From Fistulifera solaris (lineage: Eukaryota), in assembly GCA_030295235.1 (NCBI GenBank), contig AP026172.1, positions 496,001 through 560,000 on the forward strand: DNA of 64,000 bases, written 5' to 3'. The position numbers and the translations under genes are program-made. Positions 36,149 through 49,181 of the stretch are shown here, one piece after another. The notes below the pieces were generated by a model. That model worked only from the letters and a program-made list of their open reading frames with translations, ran no database searches and was not told where the DNA came from. Position 1 is the stretch's first letter; the number at the start of each line of letters is the position of its first letter.

Positions 36149-38357
36149 ATGGAGGGAGCGGTTTCTTGGCTTTTCGTCGGAAAAAAGGACAAGGTTCCGT
36201 CGAATCATCGGCGGCCAGCAGATCGAAGGAAAAATAGTAGTAGTTGTAGAAGTAGTAGTAGTAATGATGAAGTGAAAGTGAGAAATAATTCAGCCATGAT
36301 CTCCAAGTCGGGAAATGCGGGCCACAATACGGCCCAGAGAAGGATCCCGAAAAAGGGGCCCCAAGAAGTGCATTGGTATCCCTTTTATGTGGCTATCTTC
36401 CACGACCCACCCGACAATTACTATGCCAACGTTTCCAAAGAGGAATTGTGGTGGTCTCGGGACTTTTGGAACAGCGTTTGTTCGAATCATTGGCAGGACA
36501 AATGATGGACGAAGAAGATCGAGAACACAAACATCGACTTTTGCAGATGGGTCAAGATGTTGTGATCCGACGATCTCATGAATCCGTGACGAGTATCACG
36601 GATGATGTAACGGACGTTCCGGAAGGTGATGACGTGATGACTCCTCACCCGGTTCTGGTTGTTGATGCGTCGGAACAGGATTTAGGCGACGTTCGGTCGA
36701 TAGGCTCCCCTGCTTTCGCGAATGACGATTGTGTCACACACTATCATGACAAGGAACAGGGGGAGGGATACTGTGCAGAACACGACAATTTCTCGAATGA
36801 TACGACAGTAGGCGGGACTAATGTCAAATGCGTGAATTTCGTCGAGAAGAACAAGGAAGATAGCGACGTGAAGGCGAAAGTTGCTGGTCAAGAAAAGATG
36901 AATGCCTCGGAACAGACAAACACTCATAACTCGAATCAAGCAAAACATCAAGAAAATGAACTTACGGAACACGAACGAAGTATACTGGAACAGACGCAAG
37001 CATACGTGAGACAATACAATGAGCTTGTGGAAAAGGGGAGAATGTAAGCGGTATGATGACCCCCAAAGAAGTCATATCAGCAGCTCAAAAAGTATTACAA
37101 TCCAGCAAATCGCCCCAATCCTACCAAAATGATCTCCGACGTCAGTCGGGCAATGACGAGATGACAGAAAACGAACAAAAATCTTAGCTCATACTCGCGC
37201 GTACGTGGAACAATACAACGAACTCGCTAGAATCGGTATGAACTTACAGGGAATGATGACACCTGAAGAAGCAATCGTTGCGGCACAAGCACTTCTCGGT
37301 AATGGGAACCCGAGTACTGCTGTGAAGCAACAGCAGCAAATCTCAATGTCGCCACAAATACAACACTCAGGTATACGCACAGAAAATCATACATACGGCC
37401 CCATCTCACCGCGTTCCGAGAACCCAAATTGCGTACCCCAGAACCGACATATTCGTCCTTGTCCCCCGATCACCCATTTCTCTTTCAATTACCTCTCCAG
37501 AAATTCACCTGTCGCCAGAATACATGATCCCTTTCCTCCTTTCGACACAACTAGGATGCGTGGTATCCACGGGGAGCCACCAGATGGCCCTAATGTAGTC
37601 CACGACAGCCAAGCTTCAGCTCAAAGGAATGTTGCTGTAGGCCATTTTCATGAAGCATCACGTGTTGGTTTGGACGGGAACACCGCTTCCAGCAACGGCC
37701 ATGGAGGAGGACTGTACAACCCACTCGATTCACGGTTTTGGACAAGATCGAAAACAAATATTCCGCCGTCTTTGAAGCAAGGTACGAAATCACGTTTACC
37801 ATATAAGGTGCGATGGTCGAGAGAATACATTACATTTGTTGGAGCCCCCATTTCACGTTATCTTCGACCCGCGAGAGATGTGGTGGACCGGCCCAGAACT
37901 GCATTATATTGATATGGAAAATCAACATGAGCTAGACACGAGAGAGACGGCGTATGTTTTCGACCAAGAGTGTGAAATGGTGTTCGACCGAATCATTGAC
38001 GAATGCCAGGCTTTTCAAGATAGACGAAAGAATCCGCTTCGTGATCTCTCTGCGCTTTGGAATGCAGCCAATCTGCGCAAGTTCATAACACCAAGTTTAA
38101 TACAAGGCTTATTGAACGGGCATCGCGGATTGGAATTGGGTGGATTAGAAGGTCGACGAGAAAAGACTGTGGAGCAATACCGCATAGTTTTTGACTTCAT
38201 CGACTGTAACTTCAACAAGTCTGACAGTTTAGTGAAGAAAAACAGACAGGAAAGCGGACTTGCTGATGCTGCCTCGGACGCGACGCTCTGCGACCGAGTA
38301 TTTGCTTACATGATGGGTCTAGCCGACGAAATGATCATGTTCGGATTTGATTTGTAG
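36149..38357 (+). CDS. Hypothetical protein with internal tandem repeat and C-terminal VxW/WW/RGLE domain (about 4 homopolymer frameshifts)
   Basis: Consecutive ORFs join at runs near 36465, 37035, 37178 and 37846; C-terminal domain homologous to the neighbouring minus-strand gene. Confidence 0.65.
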
Positions 38358-38438
38358 GGAAGTGACAACCAGTGCCGTTCACATGAAATTGTAACATGTA
38401 CAATGCTAACTTTAGTGTGAATTATGTAGATAATGCAT

Positions 38439-40079
38439 TTAGATTTCAAGATGTTCCCGAGCTGCCTGCTTACGTGCTCGCTGAACACGTGCATCGAGCA
38501 CGTTCACTACATGAGCATTCGCTTGATCCGCCATCGCGGTGGCGCGAGCCCACAGTCGAACTATCAAGGTATACTCTTCCGACGCGAGCCCCATCGCATC
38601 TCCTCGGCGTGCCGTTCGCGCTCGCCTTTTGGTTCGGTAATTTGACTCATCTCTGTATTCTTGGATCATTTCGAAATGACCTCTCGCTCGTAATCGTCGA
38701 CCCGCCATGCCGCCCAATTCGATTCCACGGAACCCCATCGACAATCCGGTCATGATAGGTGGTTTGATTAACTTGGCTAGCTTGGCATCGTTCCATAGAG
38801 CATCAATATTCGGTTTCGGATGCCAATTTCGGTCCAAGGCTTTCTTGACTCTTTCGGTCAATTTCTCAAAAGCTTTCTTGCATTCGTGATCGTAAATCTT
38901 CGCAACTGGGTTCGTTAAACGATCCTTATCATCTTCCATGAGACGCTGATTCAATTCGGCTTTCGTCCACCAAATCACTTCGGGTCGAACTCCGTACATG
39001 TATTCTGCTTCGCCTATTTTTGTCACATCGCATTGCCAGAATGTGACGCGGTGTTCGATTGGAGCATTGCGGGCGAATCGAGTTCCTTTGAGAATCGAAT
39101 TAGCCGAAGGTCGAATCACCCAACATCGAGGATCCATCGGATTGCGGGTAATGGGAGTGGATTCGGGCTCATCGTCGTCTTCTCCGACAATTTCCAACTG
39201 ACTGAAATCCAAATTGACACCGAAACGCTTCGATGAATCAAGATTCAAAAAATCAATCCCACTGGCGGTAGCGTCTTGCGTGGCAATGGTATCATCGTCT
39301 TCAAAATCATCGTACGTTTGTTCCGGTTTTTCACCCGAACTAGCATCTTCGTCATCGTCATCGGATGCCGGTACTTCGGACGGTCCACGTTCACGAAACT
39401 TACCATCCATACGATCTGCCATATCGTTCATTGTTGAAGGTCGCTGCCAACACGGTTGACCTTTGTCTTTTTCGTATCCCATTGTTGGTGGCTGATGTCC
39501 CCAACTCATTTTATCGTATCCTCGATGATTTCCGGCATTGATGGATTTCAGCGATACGGGTACACGATCCGGATGGATCGGCGGTGCGTATCCAGCCGGT
39601 GGATAGCCCATCGGACCGGGTACGGGAGGATGAACCGGCGGACCACGGGGGTCCATCGTTCTCCGTGCATCCGGATATGCAGGTCTACCGTAAGCATCCA
39701 ACGGTTCTGCATAGTCTCGACGATACGGATCTCGGGGATGTTGTTCATAGGGAGGTCCATAGTGCGCAGGTGGCCTCGAAAAATAACCTCGATCGTCTGG
39801 ATACCTGTAGGGCGGTTCCTCTGGATACATGGATCTCCGCGGCGGTTCATTCACTCGGGGGAAATAATGAGGCGGCGGAGGACCATAGGCAGCCGGCGGA
39901 GGTCCCTGATGATAAGCCGAATGATAAGCGGGATCGTATTGCGGATGTGCATCGTAGGGAATTGTCGACGGCCCTGAATATCCTTGAGGCGGTCGGTGGT
40001 AAGGATCACCGTTGTTATATCGCCTTTCAGGATGCATCATGGCGCCGCTGTATCCGTGTTCTTGATAGCTAGGGCGCAT
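38439..40079 (-). CDS. Hypothetical protein: Pro/Tyr/His-rich N-terminus plus SILK-RVTF/WW/RGIE domain
   Basis: 546-aa uninterrupted ORF; C-terminal ~200 aa aligns by eye with 37717-38357(+). Confidence 0.8.
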   Translation of the reverse strand: MRPSYQEHGYSGAMMHPERRYNNGDPYHRPPQGYSGPSTIPYDAHPQYDPAYHSAYHQGPPPAAYGPPPPHYFPRVNEPPRRSMYPEEPPYRYPDDRGYFSRPPAHYGPPYEQHPRDPYRRDYAEPLDAYGRPAYPDARRTMDPRGPPVHPPVPGPMGYPPAGYAPPIHPDRVPVSLKSINAGNHRGYDKMSWGHQPPTMGYEKDKGQPCWQRPSTMNDMADRMDGKFRERGPSEVPASDDDDEDASSGEKPEQTYDDFEDDDTIATQDATASGIDFLNLDSSKRFGVNLDFSQLEIVGEDDDEPESTPITRNPMDPRCWVIRPSANSILKGTRFARNAPIEHRVTFWQCDVTKIGEAEYMYGVRPEVIWWTKAELNQRLMEDDKDRLTNPVAKIYDHECKKAFEKLTERVKKALDRNWHPKPNIDALWNDAKLAKLIKPPIMTGLSMGFRGIELGGMAGRRLRARGHFEMIQEYRDESNYRTKRRARTARRGDAMGLASEEYTLIVRLWARATAMADQANAHVVNVLDARVQRARKQAAREHLEI

Positions 40080-40605
40080 TGTATTGTGTAACGAGTTTTG
40101 TTTTCGTTATATTAAAAAGTGAATCGATGAAATGGGTGCTTGTCAAGTTGAATAAGAAGGAAAAAGTCAATACTCCGTAATAAATAATGAAAAAATAAAA
40201 ATATGCGGAGAACTGCTGTGGTGCTACTACTTTTTACGGAGGCTTTCTGGGATGTTTTCACCCCTTGTACACTTTACGCGATTTTCTTTCAATTCGTGAT
40301 TCGATCTTGTTTTTGTTTATGCGAATTGAGGACTTTACGCACTAGAAGCTCACAGTAAGAAAGGAGGCACGACCCAAATAGACGACGATAGTGTCACACC
40401 TTCGTACCGGAACCCGGAACGAAATGAATAATACGTAGTACTCCGTAGTGTTGCTTTTCTCCCCCTATCCCTCGTGCACGAGCGATGAGCCCTCCAAATA
40501 AACAAAAGCCGCGCACACCCGCATTATTTCTTTCTTTATGTACTACCTAGTACGTATTATCAGCAACTTTCATCGTCTCTGAAGAAAGTAAAAGGCTTTC
40601 CTACC

Positions 40606-41698
40606 ATGAGATGCTTCGAAGCATAAAGAGATCGGATCGGCCCCGCAAAAGAGGAAATACCGCACATCGTTGCTGCTTATTCTCGGGAGTGCGCTTCTGC
40701 CGGCGGCGGTCTGGAATGTCTCGTACCAATTCCAATTCACCGAAACACCTCCGCTTCCTTCTCCATGTTCATCGGCGCATGCGGCCGTGATCGGGCTGGC
40801 GGCGGGATACGATTTAACCGTGTTGCGTCGTTTTGTCGGATCGTTACGACAGACGGGATACTGTGGCCATATCATTCTGGGTGTCGCCCCCGATGTGACC
40901 GATGCCGTCCTCGAGTATTTGCAACAACAACACGTGACCATCCATCGATTGCAGTGGACACCGTGTGACTATCATTACAATGTGGAGACGATTGTGTGCG
41001 CTCAGCCGTACGCTAGCTTGAAAGTACGGTGGGGACGGTTTCCTTTGGCCCGCGATTGGTTGCGGGGATGTCCAGAGTGTACCGGTCCCGTCTTGGTGAC
41101 AGATGTGCGGGATGTGGTGTTTCAGAGAGACCCGTTTGATGGCTTGGTGATTGAGGCGTTGCAACTGTTTGCGGAACACCCGTACCAAACGACTTTACAC
41201 AAGCTTGTGAAAAAGCCCATTCGTCGTTGTAAACACAGGAAACTAAAAGAACCTATGTTGTGTTCTGGAACCACCGTCGGCACGCGAGAAGCAATATTGA
41301 CGTATCTGGAGGTTATGTATCAAGAGCTCCTGGTGTGGGCCAGCCAAGAGGATTGTCGTCTCATTAATCGAGAGGGTGGTGATCAAGCAGTTCATAATTA
41401 CATTTATTACACCGGGAAACTTCCATCTTCGACCCAAGTGATTCCGTTTCGATCTTCGGGAGTGGTCAATACCGTCGCGGTATGGGGGAAATTACTCGAG
41501 GAGCAGCTTCGGAATAATAATGAAACTATTCAGTGGGATGAAATGTGGAAATATAACGTAACAGATCGACAGGGATACTTTCTGGAAAGTGACGGGTCAC
41601 GATCTCGGACTGTTCATCAATTTGATCGATTTCATTGGGCCGGTTACAACGTGTGGCTGCAAGAACACCTTGGGAGGGATCTGGATGAAAGATACTAG
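40606..41698 (+). CDS. Putative type II membrane glycosyltransferase-like protein (start probably frameshifted)
   Basis: N-terminal TM, FVGSLRQTGY, VLVTDVRDVVFQRDPF (DxD-like), LCSGTTVG, GGDQAVHNY and VHQFDR. Confidence 0.65.
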
Positions 41699-42075
41699 CA
41701 GTTTCTGCTGCGTTACAATCGGAACCAAGATGTCTTATACATACTTTTAGAACATTATTTACAAATCTTCGCTGTGTTGCTAGGATAGCTTTCACAACGA
41801 ACTTCTTGTAGTCTAACTTGAGACGACTTGGGATGAAAAGCTATACTCCGTAATCCGTAATTTTCATTGATCTCTTTTCATTGTCATTGCGACACGGGAA
41901 TGAAAATAAAAGAAGGGACTGACAATGTGATTTCGTTGTTGCTTGTTGCGCAACGCAGACGAATTACAGCGTGACGATGACAAGGCATGTTGTGCATATT
42001 CACTTTATCTGCTTCATGTTTGCCCTCGTAAAACTCTTTGCCATGTAAAGTCAACAGAGCGCGACGACAAGAAGC

Positions 42076-43753
42076 ATGCCTTATCATTCCTCTCTTCAGA
42101 ACGGGGCATTCATGTTCAACAGAACGATTGGCTCTCCGGATGATGATATTCAGCAAATAGTCCAGTCGGAGAAATGGTTTACGGTGAGTGAAGCGGCTTC
42201 TTTTTGCGTTTTGCTAAAGACTAGACACAAAAGTGCCTTTTTGAGGCTGTTTTATCCTTTTCTTCTGCTCCATCGCTCACCGTTCTGTTTTTTCTTTTCG
42301 TAATTCCAGCAACCGTTACTTGTTCTCGTGTTTGGCGCCTCCGGTGATCTGGCCAAGAAAAAGACGTATCCGGCTCTCTACGACTTGTGGCAACGCGGTT
42401 TGCTTCCCCGGCAAACTCTCATATGGGGCTTTGCACGGACCAAATGGACCACCCAACAACTGCGCGTTCATCTTTGCCGTCATGTGGAACATTCCGACCG
42501 AATCCATCGTTTTCTGGATCTCTGTTACTATCGACACGGCAAAGATTACGGAGATATGTCAGCTATTTCCTCCATTTTCCAGTCCTGCACAAAACTACAC
42601 AATCTTTTAGTCTATTTGGCAATACCGCCGCAGGTGTTTACCGATGCAACATTGGCTCTGAAACAGGTTTTGTCACAGAGCAGAGTACCAGGTTTTGTTC
42701 GCGTCGTTCTGGAAAAGCCCTTCGGACATGATTCGACCAGCTGTCAAAATTTGCTGGATTCGCTGAAAGAACAACAATGGAAGGAGTCGGAACTATACCG
42801 GATTGATCATTATCTCGGGAAGGAAATGGTTCAGAACATTTTGATGCTGCGATACAACAACTCGTGGTTACAGCATATCTGGAATAAGGATGTCATACAA
42901 TCCGTTCACATACTATTCAAAGAACCCTTCGGTACCGATGGACGCGGTGGATACTTTGATAGCATCGGTATTGTTCGAGACATTTGTCAGGTACGTGAAA
43001 TTGCGACAACACAAGTGGAGGTTTGATATGAATTACAAACAAGAAGTCTTAACCGTGTATTCTTCACAGAACCATCTACTTCAAATTCTTACCCTTATTG
43101 CGATGGAATTGCCGAAACAACTGACTTCTGCGGCCGTTCGTGATGCGAAAGTCAAAGTATTGAAAAGTATGCCTGTTCTACGACCCCGCGATTGCTTGCT
43201 GGGACAATACGAAGGATACAGCGACGACCCTACTATTGCAGATAAAAACACCAAAACACCGACCTATGTCTGTTTAAGATCCTTCGTCAATATACCCACA
43301 TGGGAAGGTGTTCCGTTCGTGTTGGAAGCAGGGAAAGCTCTCGACGAACGACTTTGCGAGGCCCGTCTCTTTTTTCGGGGCAGTGGGACGAATGCATTGG
43401 TATTACGATTGCAACCTCAGCCCGCTATTTTTCTTTCCACCAACATGAAACGGCCAGGCTTCTCCATGTCTCCGATTCATACGCATATGGGCATCGAATA
43501 TGGAGAACATTGCATTGTTCCGGAAGCATATACTCGTCTCCTTTTAGACGTTCTACGAGGAGAGCAAGCTAGCTTCGTGCGCGACGATGAGCTTGTAGCT
43601 GCGTGGGAACTTTTTACACCATTGTTGAAATCAATCGAGATGCGGTCCCCGATCAAGTACCAGCCAGGAATGGACGGTCCTCTCGAACGCGAAAACTTGC
43701 TGAAAAGTATGGAAGTAGGAAAGCCGTGGTCACCGCCGCGGGCTTCCTTATAA
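42076..43753 (+). CDS. G6PD: Glucose-6-phosphate 1-dehydrogenase; introns 42184-42309 and 42991-43069; start uncertain
   Basis: GASGDLAKKKTYPAL, EKPFG, RIDHYLGKE, GRGGYFD..RDICQ|NHLLQ, WEGVPF..AGK, PEAYTRL and FVRDDEL. Confidence 0.95.
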
Positions 43754-44403
43754 TAACCAGTCAAACAAAATCTGTTCCTTTGCACGAAGGAGCCACCCGG
43801 AGTCTCACGCAAACGGAAAAGAGCAGTCATCCATCGTGGTATAGAAAATGTTCCAAGGTAACGAAAAGAGCGTTTCAGACATCCTGGCTTTGTGCTCTGA
43901 CGACGAGCTTTTCATTTTTGATGGCTATTACGGCATGATATTGTTCGTAATGCTCTCGTATCAGGTGTCGTCCAAACTGACTGAACGTTATGCCCCTCGT
44001 ATGAGAGAACGGGCTCATTTTGCTAATCGCGAGCCTCATTCTAATACACTGAGAGTGTTCTTGTCTCTGACATGTTTCCATTGACTCCGCAATCGCATGT
44101 AACCCTGAATGATTTTGCGATGATTAGACTACAAGTACCCTGGTAAGGTTGCACCTATTTTTGCTCTCATTTTTACGATATATATAGACATAGTTCTGTA
44201 TCACTACGACACAATACACGTTTTGCGGATTTTTGCGGAAAAAATGATGATAGGCCGCCGACGCGACGACGATGGCCGCGTGCAACTTCGTGGTTGCAAA
44301 ATCAACCGCCTTGAAGCCATTTATTTGTAAGCTCACGAGGGACATCACAGATTGTAGACATGATGTGAAGTATTATTTGTAGAGAGGCAAAATTGAGGGA
44401 GCG

Positions 44404-45319
44404 ATGAGTTTCATCGACGCTTATTGTCGACGTCTTCGCATTGACGAACGTCCGATCGAACCGACAATCGAAACCTTGCAATTGTTGACGGAACGTCACT
44501 TGCAATACATTCCTTTGAAAATATATCCATGCACTTGGCGGACGAAAAGGCACCGGTCGTTCTTGAGCGGGAAAAATTGCTTCACAAAATTCTAATACAA
44601 CAAAGGGGTGGTTGTTGTTTGGAATTGAATGGAGCCTATGGAATTCTTTTACAAGAACTTGGATATCGTGTCCAATTCGTATCTTGCTGGGTGTATGCCG
44701 GAGCCGAAAGAGGCCACGCATCGAAAAAAGCCAAGTTCCGAGTGCAACAAACCCATTTCGTATTATTGGTCCAACCTCCGAAGGATACAAAGAAATTCTT
44801 AGTCGACGTAGGACTCGGAGAACCGCCGTGTCATCCGCTACCTTACATTTTGAATCAAAAACTACAACTCCAGACGGTATGCAAAGCCGGATTGCGGAAG
44901 ATCCTCGTGGGAGTTGGAAGGATGGTTCGGGTAGAGAGAGGAAATGTCATATTTTGGAATGGTTCAATAATAACGCTTGGGAACCACGTCTTCAATGGGA
45001 TGCTCATGATGCTGTTTTGGACACAAATCTTTTCGACGCTTCCTCCAGTCTGCTTCGTTATCAATACGTAGTTCCGATTCTGACTCATCCGAAGAGCACA
45101 TTTTCCCGAAAGCTCATCGTGTGCCTCCTTAATCGGGACGAAAAATTGACTTTGAGCGGCTGGACACTAAAACGAACTTCTCCGAGATTCGGGAACTCGA
45201 TCATTACAACAAAAAGCGTGGAATCACAGAATGACTTGAGGAAAATTTTACGACTTTCGGATTTGACCGTGAATCGCTCCAATGAGCATCATGCTGGTAA
45301 AATTTGGGATCACTTGTGA
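44404..45319 (+). CDS. Arylamine N-acetyltransferase family protein (frameshifts near 44515 and 44859)
   Basis: Corrected frame gives HLQYIPFEN, RGGCCLELN (catalytic Cys), THFVLLV (His) and LVDVGLG (Asp). Confidence 0.88.
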
Positions 45320-46183
45320 AGCTAACATATCTTGAAACTCTAGCCTTGTTTGGAGCCGACAAAAGAGCTTGGAGAGGTGTCATCAAGACAACGTTGAAGT
45401 CTAGCGCCGCGAAATAGGGGAAGAAGCGATCCGGACAAAAAGCCGATCACCGCAATCCGTGCCAACTCCAAATTGATCGAGTAGTGGGATGCCAGCTCTG
45501 GTTTGTTCTTCAAATCAACTTGTATTGCTACTACAGATCATTATAATGTCACGCGAATACGACTGCAAGCGCTAAGCAACAAGCTTAACAAAGGCTTGCA
45601 TTATGACATCGATACATGGGAGAAAGAGGCAAAACAAAACAAGCCATTATGCTCTCTAGCTTTAGTGCCCAATCTTCTTACTGCTTTTTATGTCTTCTGA
45701 GTAAGTCCGTTTACAGTCAACTAGCATTCCAGAACATGAGATTGCTATTCAGAGTCAATCCTGCTTACTGGTACTCAAGAAATTACTAGAACTGTTTCCA
45801 CTCATCTAGCACGTTGGCCAGAAACACGGATCCGATTTCACTCGCTAAATCTAAAATTTGTTGCAAAACGGCATTATCACCGGGCGTGGCACTTGCAATC
45901 CTAATCAAAACACTCGATAACCTAGCATTATCCAAAGTCCCACTGAATCAACCAGGGAAGCCAACCCCGCGTTTTAAAACTCGGTTTCCAAATTAAAGCA
46001 GATGAATGCTCCCTAATGTTGCCAACTTAACGACGCCTACCAGCCTTCTACTTGGATGCAGCATATTTCAATGAAAAAGTCTGTTAATTTCATCTTGATC
46101 AGCGCTGAATCGAAAATAGAAAAGGCGATGATCCTGAGAATTTTTAATACTTCATTAATTAGAAAACATGACGTAACAGTAAC

Positions 46184-46263
46184 GTTGCGATGGCCGAGTG
46201 GTCTAAGGCGCAAGATTAAGGCTCTTGTCTTCATTGGCGGGGGTTCAAATCCCCCTCGCAACA
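46184..46263 (+). tRNA. tRNA-Leu(AAG)
   Basis: Acceptor stem GTTGCGA/TCGCAAC, D arm TGGCCGAGTGGTCTAAGGC, anticodon arm CAAGA-TTAAGGC-TCTTG, long variable arm, T arm GGGGG-TTCAAAT-CCCCC, discriminator A. Confidence 0.95.
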
Positions 46264-46269
46264 ATTTAC

Positions 46270-46276
46270 TTTTTTT
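46270..46276 (+). terminator. RNA polymerase III oligo-T terminator of the tRNA gene
   Basis: T7 run 6 nt after the discriminator base. Confidence 0.8.
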
Positions 46277-47358
46277 CGTGTGCTGCGAGGAGTCTCCAAC
46301 ATCCAAAAAGCAGCCTACTCTCATCGTGTCCTGGCGGACCAGCCTCTTGACTCACAACTTGGGACAGGAAACCGTGCGGGTCTACCCAAACAACCGATGC
46401 CTTCCATTGCCCATTGGCTGTGTCTGTCGTCTAAACACATTGTTGAGCCAATAAATCCAAGAGATGACTGTTTGACTGCAACGCCTTCTTTTGGTGACAG
46501 TTGATTGCAATGGGAAAGCGGGTTCCGAAGTCGCTTCGTAGCTGTGATCGACGGATTTCACACATACCTGGTAACACATCAAAGAATAAAATAAAAACTG
46601 AGAGGTTATCGAACTCATGTCCTATCCCTATGACAGAACTTAACCTATCCATCACTAGAGGTGTTGCCTAGATCATTAACACAAAACCGCCATCTGATGT
46701 GCGCGAAAAGGCGTCGAAGGTGAACATGCCATTATTTCGACGAGGGGCGTGCCGAAAACAGTGAGAAACAAATAATGAGAAAAGCTGCGCAAAGGGAGCA
46801 ACAAACAAAGAAGCAAACGGTGTGAATGTGAAACTGATCGCAGTGTGATGTTACACGTTACTCAAGCCTTATGACTCCTCACTACTCTCAAATTTTTCGA
46901 GTGTATACATTCTGTGAGAAATGACCGCATAGGTTTCATACAAATCCTGCAGCATCTCAATAAAGGATTGTAGTCGGAAGTCGGAAGTCTGAAGTCTAAT
47001 CTTGACTTATTGAATTCGGTATCAACGGACCTTCTTTGGTTGAAGATGTATGAAGAGCAAAACCGGTCTCTAAACGAAGTTTTTCAATGGTTACACTCCT
47101 ACCTTAGTGTCGTCTTTGCACATACGCGTACATGCTGATACAGATTGTAGTCGCAACACAATCTGCCATGATTTTCTAATAAGCCAACACGCGGCAGACG
47201 CGAAAGGCGTTTCGACTTTCATGGCATGTGAAATCCGTCAAAGATGCACAGCAGCTGCTTCCAATTTTTCCAATCGAGCTGCATGACAACTATTACAAAT
47301 ACTTGATTTGAAAACGACTTGTCGCCGCTTTTCAGTGAATTATCAATTCAATAAGACG

Positions 47359-48698
47359 ATGTTTAGCAGTCAGTATCGCTTCGCCATTCTCTTTCTCTTT
47401 CTATGCAAGGTTCACAGCATTCTACATGAATGGGGACCGACCGACAAGCTTCCCGCTTGCGCGACGGAGGAGATCCGAACGATTTCTTTGGGACGGCGGT
47501 GGATGTAGCGGGCAATACACTCGCCGCCAGTGCTATTGGTGACACGGATCGAGGTACCGATGCGGGTGCCGTGTATATCTACACCAAGGGTTCACGCCGC
47601 AAATGGTCGCTGCAACAAAAGTTGGTTCCGGATGATGGAGTGCTAGAGAATTATGTCAACGATGGGTTCGGAACATCGGTGTCGTTGCTTCCTGACTTGC
47701 TGGCGGTGGGTTCTCCGCGACGCGGTGTCACGATTGGCGACAATCTGGGTGCCGTGTACATATTCCGACGATCGAATGGAGTTTGGGTTCAGGAGCAAAT
47801 TATCGTCGGAGCGGAAACGGTTCATAATGATTTGTTTGGGTTTGCTGTTAAATTCATTGACGAATCGACGCTTGTGGTAGGTTCGCCTGTCTTCACGGGT
47901 CTGAACAAGGCAGGATCTATCTATACCTTTGAGGCAGACATCAACGGGCAATTTCAGCAAACGAGTCGAGTGGAAGGATCCGAAGCTAAAGGTAACGATT
48001 ACTTTGGATTTTCCTTGGATTCAGACGAGGGCCGAGTAATTGTAGGCGCCCCTGGTGACGAGGGCAAGGGATCAGCTTATATTTTCGATATAGTTGCTGG
48101 AGCTCTTGTTGAAAATACAAGAGTTGAACCGGAATTTGGATTAGAAGGTGACGAATTCGGTTATTCCGTAGCCATCGGTCCTACAATGGCAGCCGTAGGA
48201 TCTCGCAGTGATGATGACAACTTTATTGGGAACGGCGCTGGTTCCGTCTTTGTGTACGAGCTGGACGAAACGGCGACGTCCTGGGAGTATTTCCAGAAAA
48301 TCACACGCACCAATCCCCTTTCACGCATTACGGGACGGGCGGCAACCGGTTTGCTTGGAGAATCTCTAGCTTTTGACGGAGGATACCTCGTCGTTGGAGC
48401 ACCGGGATGGGATGGCGTTGCTTTTGTCAACGGGGGACGCATTTATGTGTACAAGAAACGCAGCCGAAGCGGAAAGTGGAGAACTGCAGATATAGTTACT
48501 TCCTGCGGTGAAATTCCGGAAGAAGATAACTTTGGAACGACGGTAGCATTAGACATGACGACAGGAACTTTGATCACTGGCTCCATCGAAGGAGGAAGAC
48601 GAACTGAGGATGGTAGTCCTGGAACTGTGATCATCTTTGAACGCAGAGCCGTTGGAATACTACCTTTGCAAAAGGCCCGATGCTGGTTAAATTTGTAG
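47359..48698 (+). CDS. Secreted FG-GAP repeat (integrin-alpha-like beta-propeller) protein; frameshift near 47433
   Basis: Signal peptide; about seven repeats of FG.SV..(V)GAP..G.VY(I/V)F. Confidence 0.88.
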
Positions 48699-49181
48699 CC
48701 TAGAGTTGCTCTTTTGTTTGTGAACACTTTTGTATCCTTTCAAAAAGGATTGGTATGTTATCTTAAGTAAACAAGTCAAACAAACAACTCCTTCGTATTA
48801 TTACGGTCTTACTACTAGTTGATCGGTTTAGAAGCAGCAAATTTTCACTTAAGTCTTTCATGATCATGCTGCTTGTTGATGGTTGAAAAAAGTTAGAGTT
48901 TCCAACTAGAAAGATGTTAGGGTGGCTATAGTTTTTGCGCGCTCCTAAAAGGGTACTGGTTCGTACACGTGCGACTGACGGTCAAGCACCCTAAATAATT
49001 GAAATTGGACGAACCAAAAATGAATGGCTGCCTTCGCGCACGACGCACGACCATCGGCTCGCATCGTCCGACGAGAAAGAGAAAAAAAAAACGGCTCAAC
49101 GTCACACACACACACTCACAAACCTGTCACCAACGCTCGCCCTCTCCATTCCAAAGTATTCCTTCGAATTGTTTGTTCACC

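Noticed and set aside
46184..46660. tRNA-derived SINE, or a transposon remnant next to the tRNA
   Set aside because: The tRNA is intact and followed directly by a T7 terminator; the downstream short ORFs show no motif I can recognise.
47359..48698. True integrin alpha chain
   Set aside because: Only the propeller is present; there are no leg domains, TM helix or GFFKR tail.
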